64,000 nt of DNA from an uncultured Rhodospirillales bacterium (GTDB lineage Bacteria; Pseudomonadota; Alphaproteobacteria; CAZRBL01). Under the pieces are notes generated by a model that saw only the letters and a program-made list of their open reading frames with translations, did not search any database and was not told where the DNA came from. The position numbers were made by a program, and so were the translations under genes. Shown one piece after another: positions 21,785-31,048 of this stretch. The DNA is taken from the NCBI GenBank assembly GCA_964598335.1, contig CAZRBL010000008.1, positions 3,343-67,342 on the forward strand, written 5' to 3'. How positions within the stretch are numbered: the first letter of the stretch is position 1; every line of letters starts with the position of its first letter.

Positions 21785-22513
21785 ATGCAACGAATATCGA
21801 TGGCCGTGACGGCCGCACTGCTCTTGGTGACGACCGAGGCCGCAGCGAATGTGATCGTCATTGATGATTTTAGCGTTCCAGGCGGCGTAAACCGCAGCGG
21901 CGCGAATACAATTAGCGGAAACGGTGTCCAGAGCGACACCATATTCGGTGGCCGCCGTGGACAAGGCGTCGAAAACAGTAATCTTGGCGGCGGATCTTGG
22001 CTTGAGATCAGCTGGAATCGTGCCGATGCTGGAGAGCTTTTCTTTACGACCAATCGTGACGGTCGCATGCGGCTCAGCTATGGCGGCGGTGCCTTTGCGC
22101 TCGGCGATGTAACCGGGCTGGGTGTCAATGCCTTTGAAATCGGGGTGGAGGCGATGACAACGAGTACGGCCTTCGACTTCTCCGTCGAAATCTGCGACGA
22201 TCAGGATCGATTGTCCTGTTTTGACGCGGCCATCGAAGGGGTGTCGCCGACCAGCCCTGTCGCGGGCGGGCCGCCCTTTACGCTGACGATCCCGTTCTCG
22301 AGTTTCGCCAGCGAGGCGGACTTCACCGATGTGCACTGGCTGTTCTTGTATGCCCAACCGGTTGACCCAGGCACTTCAAACTTCAGCGAGCTGGTCCTGT
22401 CCGAATTTCAATTCGCCAGCGTCGCGGAAGTCCCGTTGCCGGCGCCCTGGGCGCTGATCGCGGTCGGCGGAGCTGCTTTGGCCTTGATGCGGCGCCGCAC
22501 GCTTTCGAGCTGA
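21785..22513 (+). CDS. PEP-CTERM/VPLPA-CTERM sorted surface protein
   Basis: Signal peptide; C-terminal VPLPA + hydrophobic helix + RRR. Confidence 0.85.
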   Translation: MQRISMAVTAALLLVTTEAAANVIVIDDFSVPGGVNRSGANTISGNGVQSDTIFGGRRGQGVENSNLGGGSWLEISWNRADAGELFFTTNRDGRMRLSYGGGAFALGDVTGLGVNAFEIGVEAMTTSTAFDFSVEICDDQDRLSCFDAAIEGVSPTSPVAGGPPFTLTIPFSSFASEADFTDVHWLFLYAQPVDPGTSNFSELVLSEFQFASVAEVPLPAPWALIAVGGAALALMRRRTLSS

Positions 22514-22590
22514 TATTTGGGCACCGGCATCGGGTGTTCTCGTTCTTTCCCCGGGCTCTCCTGCTTGTTGCGCGACGTCGTCGCTAGCGC

Positions 22591-23346
22591 TCAGAGCACC
22601 TCTAGCATGTCCGCCACCAGCGGGTGGCGGACGATATCCTTCTGATTCAGCCGGACGACCGCAACGCCTTCCAGCGGGTCCAGCCGCCGGGCGATATCCG
22701 AAAGGCCGGACAGCCCGTCCAGCAGATCGGACTGATCAGGGTCGCCGGTGACCACCATCGTCGCGTTCCAGCCGAGCCGGCTGAGCATCATTTTGAGCTG
22801 CTGATAAGTGCAGTTCTGTGCCTCGTCTATGACGACAAAGGCATTGTTCAGCGTACGGCCGCGCATGAAGCCGATCGGCGCGATTTCGATATCGCCGTCG
22901 GCGATCGCCTGCTTGACCCGCTTGATGCCCATGCGGTCGCTCAGCGCGTCATAGAGCGGCCGCAGATAGGGGGCCATCTTCTCATTCATGTCGCCCGGCA
23001 GATAGCCGAGACTTTCACCGGCTTCGATCGCCGGGCGCGAGAGGATGATACGCTCAACCTCGCCGTCCTCGAGCGCATCCACGGCGGCGCTGATCGCAAG
23101 ATAGGTCTTGCCGGTGCCTGCCGGTCCTATGGCGAGGCTCAGATTATGCTGGTCGATGGCATCGAGCAGTTGCTGCTGGTTTTCGCTGCGCGGCCTGACC
23201 CGCCGCAGATAGCTTTGATCGCGGTGCTCCCGCACATGTTCCTTGGCCAGGGGGTCCCACGGCATCGCCGCGGCGCCGTTCGGCGGGTCGAGGCGATGGA
23301 TGGTAGCCGATTGCTGTTGACGGGCTTTGCTGCGGCGCTTGGCCAT
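22591..23346 (-). CDS. phoH: PhoH family ATPase (short form)
   Basis: GPAGTGKT, LGYLPG, MRGRT, DEAQN, GDPDQSD and DIVRHPLV motifs; AGGAG RBS before ATG 23346. Confidence 0.93.
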   Translation of the reverse strand: MAKRRSKARQQQSATIHRLDPPNGAAAMPWDPLAKEHVREHRDQSYLRRVRPRSENQQQLLDAIDQHNLSLAIGPAGTGKTYLAISAAVDALEDGEVERIILSRPAIEAGESLGYLPGDMNEKMAPYLRPLYDALSDRMGIKRVKQAIADGDIEIAPIGFMRGRTLNNAFVVIDEAQNCTYQQLKMMLSRLGWNATMVVTGDPDQSDLLDGLSGLSDIARRLDPLEGVAVVRLNQKDIVRHPLVADMLEVL

Positions 23347-23407
23347 AAGCGAGGTCTCCTGGTTGAGGATTAGAAAAGAGCGATGCGGGTGAGACGGGCT
23401 GAGCAAC

Positions 23408-23431
23408 AAAAAACCCGCCGAAAAGGCGGGT
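23408..23431 (-). terminator. Intrinsic terminator in the phoH 5' leader
   Basis: Minus strand ACCCGCC-ttttc-GGCGGGT followed by a T run, about 60 nt upstream of the phoH start. Confidence 0.75.
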
Positions 23432-23557
23432 CGACAAGGCACGGATTACGGGAGCGCGCAGCGATGCCGGGCAGGGCGGCGATGAGATCAGCGGCGGCTG
23501 GACCATTGGTCCTGATTCCCTCGACAAGCGGCTGATAAGGGCGCGAATCACATCGAA

Positions 23558-23586
23558 AAGGTACCGACTGGGGGACTCGCTGTCGA
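23558..23586 (-). promoter_or_regulatory. Candidate sigma70 promoter for the phoH leader
   Basis: TCGACA-N17-TACCTT on the minus strand. Confidence 0.5.
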
Positions 23587-23617
23587 GGCAAAAAAGCCGG
23601 AGTCTCAGCCTTTTGCC
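23587..23617 (-). terminator. Probable terminator of the hydrolase-fusion gene
   Basis: Minus strand GGCAAAAGGC...GCTTTTTTGCC hairpin about 40 nt after the stop. Confidence 0.55.
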
Positions 23618-23654
23618 GCCTGTTTTGTCTAAACGACTCTCACCATTGGAGAAT

Positions 23655-25511
23655 TTACAGCTCGAGGCGGTTGCCGCCGTTACTGCCCGGCGGCTGCATC
23701 GGCTGCAGCGTCTTTTCATTATCCGTCAGATCGTCGGATTTACCCGGGGCGGTGATTTTGTGGAGCAGTTTCTGGCCCCCGCTGACCAGCGCATCGCGGA
23801 GCGAATCAACACCGTTTTGAAGGCTGAGATCAACGGCCAGCGAATGCGGCAGCAGATTGGGGAAGATAAAGCGCGACAGGCTGATGCCGGCGGCCTTGGC
23901 CACGTCATAGACGAAGTGATTGCAGTTGCGCTTGGTCAGAATGTAGTCGGGGCGGTCGATGTCCCAGTCGCCGACCTTGGCATAGGCGCGGTCGAACTGA
24001 TCGCGGCTCAGCGGGTAGCGCCGGCTGATCGTCGTATAGCGCATGGTCTCATCGACCAGCCCGCCCGGATAGGGCTCGGTGATCATCCCGATATCCGACA
24101 TCTTCACGGCGTGCGGGATGTTATGCTCGGGGTATTTTGACGGGTAGATGCGCGGCAGCGGGTGGAAACCCTTGGTGATGCGGATTTTCGATTTGCGGTC
24201 GACCAGGGTGATGAAGCTGTGCCCTTTCGAGGCAACGTCCTCGGGCGGGCGAGACTTTGAAAACGGATACTGGCTGCCGCAATCGACATGGACGATCATC
24301 TCGTAATCGGGTCGTCCGTTGATCCGCGTTTGCTTGCCGCCCGGCACCGCATCGATATCGCCATGCACCGGTGCCAGCGGCGGGATCGAGCGGTTTTCAA
24401 GCATCGGCTCGTCGGCGCCGAGCACCTCTGCCGAGGCATCGCCGGCCTGGCGGCGCAAGCGCATCAGATGCGACAGACGGTTCTTCAGTCCCGTTCCGGG
24501 CGCGGTCAGCCCGTTGCGGACCGTCTCCGCCGTGGTGCTGACAAATTCGGTGAAGACGTCGAGCCAGCCTTTGCGGAAGCGGTCGGCTTCGATCCAAAGC
24601 TCATGTTTGGCGCCGGGCACCCGATGCAATTTCGCATTCGGCATCAGCCGGGCAGCGCGTTCCTGCGCCTCTTTTGAAACCAATTGTTCATTGCCGGGCA
24701 TGGCGATCATGACCGGGGTCTCGATGCCTTTCAGCCGGTTTTCCTGATTGATCAGGTCAATCGAGCGGAAGGCGCTGTCAAGCCAACCATAAGTCATGCC
24801 GCCGATCCGCAGATCAGGGCGGTGAGAATACCAGGCGGTTTCCAGCCCGTCGCGGACCGGGTCGTGTGAGTGAATGCTGTCGGCGGTGCCGCGCTTGTCG
24901 CTCGGTTCCCACGGGCCGGCACCGGGGATATAGCGACCGCCGAGACCGAGCCTTACCGCCATTCGCGCCAGCGGGCGGGCCAGTACCCGCTGCCAGCCCG
25001 TCAGGCCGATATCCAGCATCGGCGCGGTCATGGCGGCGAAATCGAAACGGCCCGGATGCTCCTGCAGAAACCGGATCAGACAATGGCCGCCGAAGGAATG
25101 CGCCTGGCCGAAGACCGGACGCCCGTTTACTGCCGGCTCGACGATTTCGGTCATGAATTTGTCGAGATCGCCGACCTGTTGACCGAAATCCGTTGCGTGA
25201 GCCTTATTGCTGTCTTCAAGCAGCCTTTCGGACCCGCCCTGACCGCGCCAGTCGAGGATAAAGACCTCGATATCGCGCGCCAGCATATCGCGGATCGTCT
25301 CGAAATATTTTTCGCTGAATTCAGCAAATCCCGGCAGGATCACACAGACATTGCTGCCGCCGCCCGGCGGCGCGGCATGGCCGTAGCGCAGCCGGACGCC
25401 GTCATCCGCGGCAAAATCGGCAAACTGCCACCCGTCGGGCGCACGAAACCGCGGCTCGATCATCGGCTCGTTCCGGCTGTTGGCGTCAGTGGTGGTTGCG
25501 GGCGGTGTCAC
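23655..25511 (-). CDS. Lysophospholipase L2 (PldB)-like alpha/beta hydrolase fused to a C-terminal papain-like domain
   Basis: PGFAEFSEKY, DWRGQGGS, AHSFGG nucleophile elbow and GAKHEL; C-terminal GHSFITL...YILTKRNCNHFV. The start may be 25463. Confidence 0.85.
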   Translation of the reverse strand: MTPPATTTDANSRNEPMIEPRFRAPDGWQFADFAADDGVRLRYGHAAPPGGGSNVCVILPGFAEFSEKYFETIRDMLARDIEVFILDWRGQGGSERLLEDSNKAHATDFGQQVGDLDKFMTEIVEPAVNGRPVFGQAHSFGGHCLIRFLQEHPGRFDFAAMTAPMLDIGLTGWQRVLARPLARMAVRLGLGGRYIPGAGPWEPSDKRGTADSIHSHDPVRDGLETAWYSHRPDLRIGGMTYGWLDSAFRSIDLINQENRLKGIETPVMIAMPGNEQLVSKEAQERAARLMPNAKLHRVPGAKHELWIEADRFRKGWLDVFTEFVSTTAETVRNGLTAPGTGLKNRLSHLMRLRRQAGDASAEVLGADEPMLENRSIPPLAPVHGDIDAVPGGKQTRINGRPDYEMIVHVDCGSQYPFSKSRPPEDVASKGHSFITLVDRKSKIRITKGFHPLPRIYPSKYPEHNIPHAVKMSDIGMITEPYPGGLVDETMRYTTISRRYPLSRDQFDRAYAKVGDWDIDRPDYILTKRNCNHFVYDVAKAAGISLSRFIFPNLLPHSLAVDLSLQNGVDSLRDALVSGGQKLLHKITAPGKSDDLTDNEKTLQPMQPPGSNGGNRLEL

Positions 25512-25557
25512 GGTTCGGTCTTTGCTGTCCGGCTCGGGCGCGCTATCTCTTGCATCG

Positions 25558-27801
25558 ATGATGCGGTCAAAAACGAGGCGCGGTTTGCGTTTCCTGTCTC
25601 AATCTCTTCTGTTCCTGCTTGCCGGGCTGGCCGTTGGGACATGGTTCGCGCCGCATGGCTCGGCCCAGAGTCTACCTTTCTCTGCCGAGATGAACAGCCC
25701 TGAGGTCGCGCAGACAGAGAATGTCACGGCGCGGCTGATCGTCGGAAAGGCGTCGGTACAGCCTGGAGAGACCATTCTGATCGGTCTCCATAAGACGATC
25801 CGGGAGGGCTGGCACACCTATTGGAAGAACCCCGGCGACTCAGGTTTGCCTACCACAATTCGCTGGCAGGTACCAGAAAATGTAACAATTGGCGATATTC
25901 TCTGGCCTGCACCCCAGAGGAAGCCGTATGGGCCCTTGGTGAATTACGGTTATGCGGGCACCGTCATCCTGCTCAGCGAGCTGACGGTTCCGGCCGATGC
26001 GGTACCCGGCACGGTGCTGTCGATCAATGCCGATGCCGAATGGCTGGTCTGCGAAGAAATCTGCATTCCCGAGGCCGGAACCGTGAGCCTCGAGCTGCCG
26101 GTGACGGAGCGCCTGGCGCCGGCAACGGAATGGGCTGCGGAAATCGCCGCGGTAAACGCCGCCCTGCCGAAGCGCCATGCGGCGCCGCAAGCGCGTTTCG
26201 CGGCCACCGATGCGGCGCTGACCCTGGAGATCGATCGGTCACAGGGCGATTTTTCCGACCGTCTCGACGCCGCCATCGACGTCTGGTTCTTTCCGGCTGC
26301 CTATGGGGTGATCGATCACGCGGCGCCTCAAATCGTCAATGCGCTGCCCGGCGGCCCGCTCCAGATCGAGGTGGCGCGCGGCACCGGCATGGCGCTGGGC
26401 GCCGAAACCCTTGACGGCGTGCTGGTCATCGAGACCGAGCAGGGCCGTCAGGGCTACACCGTTACCGCGACAGCTGTCGACGGTAGCGCGCTCGCCGGAC
26501 CGCCGCTGGCGATGCCGGGGGGCAGCGGGGGCGGCGAAAGCTTCGGGCTGGCACAGGCGGTGCTGTTCGCGATGCTGGGTGGTATCCTGCTCAATCTCAT
26601 GCCCTGTGTTTTTCCGGTGCTGTCGATGAAGGCGCTGAGCCTTTGCGCGCATGGCGGACGGGACGGCGCCGGCGACGGCTCGGCGATGCGCGCCAGCGGC
26701 CTCGCCTACACGGCAGGGGTGCTCGCGACCTTCGCGCTGGTGGCGGTCATCCTGATCGGTTTGCAGGCCAGTGGCCAGGCGGCCGGCTGGGGGTTCCAGC
26801 TGCAATCGCCGGTCTTCGTGACCGTGCTGATCTATGTGCTGTTCGCGCTCGGGCTGAACCTGGCCGGGCTATACGAGATCGGCGCCCGGATGATGGGCGT
26901 CGGTGAGACATTGACGCGCAAGGACGGGCTGAGCGGATCGTTCTTTACCGGCGCGCTGGCGGTGATTGTTGCCACGCCCTGCACCGCGCCGTTCATGGGT
27001 TCGGCCGTGTTCTACGCCCTGACGCAACCCTGGCCGTTCACCCTCGCCGTTTTCCTGGCGCTCGGCCTCGGCCTCGCTTTGCCGTTCCTTCTGCTCGCCT
27101 TAGTGCCCGGTCTGGCGGCGAAACTGCCGCGTCCGGGGCCGTGGATGGACCGGTTCAAGCAATTGCTGGCCTTTCCGATGTTCGGCGCCGCAGTCTGGCT
27201 GGTCTGGGTACTGGCGCAGCAAACCGGCGCCAACGGGGTCGGCGCGGCTCTGGTCGGCTGCGTGCTGATCGCCTTCGCGATCTGGGCCTGGCAGGCGGCA
27301 CGCGGCGCGTCGGGCGGCTGGCGGGTTTCCGCCGGGGGGGCGGCGGTCGTCGCCCTGGTCGGCGCAGCGGCAGCCGTCCAGGCCAATCAGGTCCTGCCCG
27401 CACTGGCGGCGACGGGGGTCGACCGGGCCGAGGCGAGCGACGGCCTGTGGCAGCGTTTCAGCCGCGCCAAGCTTGAAAGCCTCCGCGCGGAAGGCCGCGC
27501 CGTATTCGTCAATATGACGGCGGCATGGTGCATTACCTGCAAGGTGAATGAGCGTGTGGCGTTGAGCGGCGACGCCTTTGAGACGCTGCTCGGCGAGCAT
27601 GAGATCACCGCGCTGAAGGGTGACTGGACCAATCGCGATCCTGAAATCAGCGCCTTGCTGGCCGATTTCGACCGTGCCGGCGTGCCGCTTTACGTGCTCT
27701 ACCCGCCGGCCGGCAGTGCGGTGCAGGGACCGATCCTGCTGCCGCAATTGCTGACCCCGGATCTGGTCGCAGCGGAATTCGCCCGGCTTCGAGAAACGTA
27801 A
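25558..27801 (+). CDS. dsbD: DsbD-family thiol:disulfide interchange protein
   Basis: GWHTYWKNPGDSG, CEEIC, LNLMPCVFPVL, ATPCTAP and thioredoxin-like WCITC. Start uncertain. Confidence 0.92.
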   Translation: MMRSKTRRGLRFLSQSLLFLLAGLAVGTWFAPHGSAQSLPFSAEMNSPEVAQTENVTARLIVGKASVQPGETILIGLHKTIREGWHTYWKNPGDSGLPTTIRWQVPENVTIGDILWPAPQRKPYGPLVNYGYAGTVILLSELTVPADAVPGTVLSINADAEWLVCEEICIPEAGTVSLELPVTERLAPATEWAAEIAAVNAALPKRHAAPQARFAATDAALTLEIDRSQGDFSDRLDAAIDVWFFPAAYGVIDHAAPQIVNALPGGPLQIEVARGTGMALGAETLDGVLVIETEQGRQGYTVTATAVDGSALAGPPLAMPGGSGGGESFGLAQAVLFAMLGGILLNLMPCVFPVLSMKALSLCAHGGRDGAGDGSAMRASGLAYTAGVLATFALVAVILIGLQASGQAAGWGFQLQSPVFVTVLIYVLFALGLNLAGLYEIGARMMGVGETLTRKDGLSGSFFTGALAVIVATPCTAPFMGSAVFYALTQPWPFTLAVFLALGLGLALPFLLLALVPGLAAKLPRPGPWMDRFKQLLAFPMFGAAVWLVWVLAQQTGANGVGAALVGCVLIAFAIWAWQAARGASGGWRVSAGGAAVVALVGAAAAVQANQVLPALAATGVDRAEASDGLWQRFSRAKLESLRAEGRAVFVNMTAAWCITCKVNERVALSGDAFETLLGEHEITALKGDWTNRDPEISALLADFDRAGVPLYVLYPPAGSAVQGPILLPQLLTPDLVAAEFARLRET

Positions 27802-27826
27802 ATACAGCGAACAGGAGGCTTCCCCC

Positions 27827-28438
27827 ATGCTTCGGATTTCAACGGCCGTTTTGACAGCGCTGGCGCTTTTCACCGCGCCCATGGCATTGGCGACAACGCC
27901 CAAAGTCGGCGAGCCGGCACCCGTTTTCAGCGCCACGGATATCAACGGCAACCCCGTCGCGCTTGAGGATTTTGCGGGTCGCACCGTGATCCTCGAATGG
28001 ACGAATCATGAATGCCCTTTCGTTCAGAAGCACTATGACACCGGCAATATGCAGATGACGCAGGACACCGCCGCCGGCAGCCATGAGGCCGTCTGGATCA
28101 GCGTCGTCTCCTCGGCGCCGGGCAAGCAGGGCTCTGTCGACGCCGACCAGGCGAAAGACATTCTCAGCGCGCAGGGCATGCGCGTGGCGGCCAAGCTGCT
28201 CGATAGCAATGGCGCGATCGGTCGTCTTTATGACGCCAAGACAACGCCGCAAATGGCCATCATCGATGGCGAGGGCGTATTGCGCTATTACGGCGCCATC
28301 GACGATCAGCCCTCAGCCCGCCACAGCACGGTCGAAGGCGCGCAGAATTATGTCCTGACAGCGCTGAATGCGATGGCCGCCGGTCAGGATCCGGACCCCG
28401 CCTTGACCCGCCCCTATGGTTGTTCGGTAAAGTATTAG
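27827..28438 (+). CDS. Periplasmic redoxin (AhpC/TSA-like)
   Basis: Signal peptide; WTNHECPFV, AKTTP, GAIDD and PYGCSVKY; partner of DsbD. Confidence 0.88.
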   Translation: MLRISTAVLTALALFTAPMALATTPKVGEPAPVFSATDINGNPVALEDFAGRTVILEWTNHECPFVQKHYDTGNMQMTQDTAAGSHEAVWISVVSSAPGKQGSVDADQAKDILSAQGMRVAAKLLDSNGAIGRLYDAKTTPQMAIIDGEGVLRYYGAIDDQPSARHSTVEGAQNYVLTALNAMAAGQDPDPALTRPYGCSVKY

Positions 28439-28513
28439 GGCCAGTCGGGTTTTTGGGTTGGCGCTCGCGCGCCGGGGCCGGGGGTGAGCGGCGGACCGGC
28501 CCGGACAACAGAG

Positions 28514-28588
28514 TTGTCCACAGTCAGGCTGTGAATCAAATGTGAGCATATTGTGGGGCATTCCAACGCAGCCCACAATATATTGCGG
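28514..28588. promoter_or_regulatory. DnaA-box-like and NrdR-box sites upstream of nrdB
   Basis: TTGTCCACA at 28514-22, TGTGAATCA at 28530-38, NrdR-like CCACAATATATTGCGG at 28573-88, and a weaker copy at 28541-56. Confidence 0.7.
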
Positions 28589-28662
28589 GTGCGGCGCGTT
28601 TGGTGCTGGACACGACTCGGCTGCGGGATTACCTCTCTCGGGGAATCAAATGAGGTGCTCCG

Positions 28663-29625
28663 ATGGCTGATCTGCTGACCGAAAGGGCGGTCTACAAACC
28701 CTTCAACTATCCTTGGGCCTATGATGCCTGGCTGACCCAGCAACGGGTGCACTGGCTGCCCGAGGAAGTGCCGCTCGCCGATGACGTCAAGGATTGGCGC
28801 CACAAACTGACCGAGTCCGAGCGCAATCTGCTGACCCAGATTTTCCGTTTTTTCACCCAGGCCGATGTCGAGGTGAACAACTGCTATATGAAGCACTATT
28901 CGCAGGTGTTTCAGCCGACCGAGGTGCAGATGATGCTGTCCGCCTTCTCCAATATCGAGACGGTGCATATCGCGGCCTATTCGCATCTGCTCGACACCAT
29001 CGGCATGCCCGAGGTCGAGTATTCCGCCTTCCTCCATTACAAGGAGATGAAGGACAAATACGATTACATGCAGCAATTCAATGTCGACTCCAAGGCCGAT
29101 ATTGCAACAACGCTGGCCGTATTCGGCGCCTTTACCGAGGGGCTTCAGCTATTCGCCAGCTTTGCGATCCTGATGAACTTCCCGCGCTTCAATAAAATGA
29201 AGGGCATGGGTCAGATCGTGTCATGGTCGGTGCGTGATGAGACGCTGCATACGCAATCCATCATCCGTCTGTTCCGGACCTTCGTGAATGAAAATCCGGA
29301 AATCTGGAATGATGTGCTGCAGGGCCAGCTTTATGACGCCTGCCGCACCATCGTTGAGCATGAGGACGCCTTTATCGACCTCGCCTTCGAGATGGGCGGC
29401 GTTGAAGGTTTGGAAGGCGACGAGGTCAAGCAGTATATCCGCTATATCGGCGACCGGCGCCTGAACCAGCTTGGTCTGCAGCCGATGTTCGGACTTGAGA
29501 AGAATCCCCTTCCCTGGATGGATTCGATGCTTAACGGCATCGAGCACACCAATTTCTTCGAAAACCGCGCCACCGAATATTCGAGGGCCAGCACCGAAGG
29601 AAGCTGGGAAGAGGCGTTCGCCTGA
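28663..29625 (+). CDS. nrdB: Ribonucleotide reductase class Ia beta subunit
   Basis: HWLPEEV, FTQAD, ETVHIAAY (radical Tyr), EGLQLF, RDETLH and NFFE. Confidence 0.96.
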   Translation: MADLLTERAVYKPFNYPWAYDAWLTQQRVHWLPEEVPLADDVKDWRHKLTESERNLLTQIFRFFTQADVEVNNCYMKHYSQVFQPTEVQMMLSAFSNIETVHIAAYSHLLDTIGMPEVEYSAFLHYKEMKDKYDYMQQFNVDSKADIATTLAVFGAFTEGLQLFASFAILMNFPRFNKMKGMGQIVSWSVRDETLHTQSIIRLFRTFVNENPEIWNDVLQGQLYDACRTIVEHEDAFIDLAFEMGGVEGLEGDEVKQYIRYIGDRRLNQLGLQPMFGLEKNPLPWMDSMLNGIEHTNFFENRATEYSRASTEGSWEEAFA

Positions 29626-29644
29626 ACGCCCAGAGCCAGACATG

Positions 29645-29672
29645 AAAAAGGGGCCTTCGCGGCCCCTTTTTT
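29645..29672. terminator. Bidirectional terminator between nrdB and dnaN
   Basis: AAAAAGGGGCC-ttcgc-GGCCCCTTTTTT. Confidence 0.85.
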
Positions 29673-29691
29673 GTGAAGCTTGAGTGCGGTG

Positions 29692-30801
29692 TTACACCCG
29701 CATCGGCATCAGCACATAAAGCGCGCTGTTGTCGGCGCTGTCTGAGATGATGGTGGGGGATGCGCTGTCGGCCATGCGCAGGCGACAGCCTTCGCCGTCG
29801 ATCTGGGCGGCGATATCGAGCAGATATTTGCTGTTGAAGCCGATCTCGAGCGGCTCGTTATCATAACGTGCTTCGATTTCTTCGGTCGCGCTGCCGGCCT
29901 CGGCGCTTTGGGCGGAAACCGTGATGCCGCCCTTGGCGATCTGCAATTTCACGGCGCGGGACTTCTCGGCGAGGGTCGCAACCCGGTCGACCGCGTCGGC
30001 AAACAGCTTGGGATCGACCTCGAGGAGTTTATCATTCCCGGCCGGGATAACCCGTTCATAATCGGGGAAGCTGCCGTCGATCAGCTTGGTGACCAGGACG
30101 TTATCGCCGATCTGGAATCGAATCTTGGTTTCCGAGAGGCTGATCTCGACACCCTCGCCGGTGTCGTCGAGCAGCTTGCGCAGCTCCTGGATCGCTTTAC
30201 GCGGCACGATGATGTTCGGCATGTCGCCGGCGCCGTCGGGCAGCGGCATTTCGACCCGCGCCAGACGATGGCCGTCGGTTGCCACCGCGCGCAGCACGGC
30301 GACATCGTCGCTTTCAGCGGCATGCAGGCACACGCCGTTGAGGTAATAGCGGGTTTCTTCCTGGCTGACGGCGAAGCGGGTACGGTCAATTATGCTCCGC
30401 AAATCGCCGGCACCGAGAGAGAAGCTGACCGGCATGTCGCCGCCGATCATTTCGGGGAAATCCTGCACCGGCAGACAGCTCAGCTTGAATTCAGACCGGC
30501 CGCTGCGCACGAACAGGGTGTTGCCGTCGCCCTCAAATTCGATCTGGCTGCCGTCGGGCAGCTTGCGAACGATGTCATAGAGCATATGCGCCGGTGCCGT
30601 CGTCCCGCCGGTCGCGGCGATCTGTGCCGGTACGCGCTCGACCATCTCCATATCCATATCCGTGGCGGTCAGGCTCAGCGTGCCGTCATCCGCCTTCAGC
30701 AGGACATTGGACAGGATCGGGATGGTGTTGCGGCGCTCAACCACGCTTTGCACATGGCTCAGTCCGCGAAGGACATCGGTTCGTTCGATTGTCAGTTTCA
30801 T
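29692..30801 (-). CDS. dnaN: DNA polymerase III beta clamp
   Basis: VERRNTIPILSN, ATDGHRLA, FPDYERVIP and YVLMPMRV. Confidence 0.98.
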   Translation of the reverse strand: MKLTIERTDVLRGLSHVQSVVERRNTIPILSNVLLKADDGTLSLTATDMDMEMVERVPAQIAATGGTTAPAHMLYDIVRKLPDGSQIEFEGDGNTLFVRSGRSEFKLSCLPVQDFPEMIGGDMPVSFSLGAGDLRSIIDRTRFAVSQEETRYYLNGVCLHAAESDDVAVLRAVATDGHRLARVEMPLPDGAGDMPNIIVPRKAIQELRKLLDDTGEGVEISLSETKIRFQIGDNVLVTKLIDGSFPDYERVIPAGNDKLLEVDPKLFADAVDRVATLAEKSRAVKLQIAKGGITVSAQSAEAGSATEEIEARYDNEPLEIGFNSKYLLDIAAQIDGEGCRLRMADSASPTIISDSADNSALYVLMPMRV

Positions 30802-31048
30802 GACGGGACGATTTCAGTGGCGGGACGGTTCGGTTATGAATTCCGGTTCATAGACTTCGGGCCCCGGGCGCGCTCATGCTCGTGATTGTCTTTGCTTTGC
30901 CGGTGGCTTCGCCTAGACCGAGCCTATCGCGACTCATCAGGGTGGCGAGGAGAACACACCATTATCGGGCCGTAATGCAACAGAAATCCCCAGCAAAAGC
31001 GGCAAATGCGCCGGGCGCCGACCGCCTCGGCGCCAAGCGGGCGAACTG

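Noticed and set aside
23400-23560. phoH leader as 6S RNA, SRP RNA or tRNA
   Set aside because: No SRP GGAA-loop motif, no cloverleaf, and no long closed 6S-type rod or ygfA context visible.
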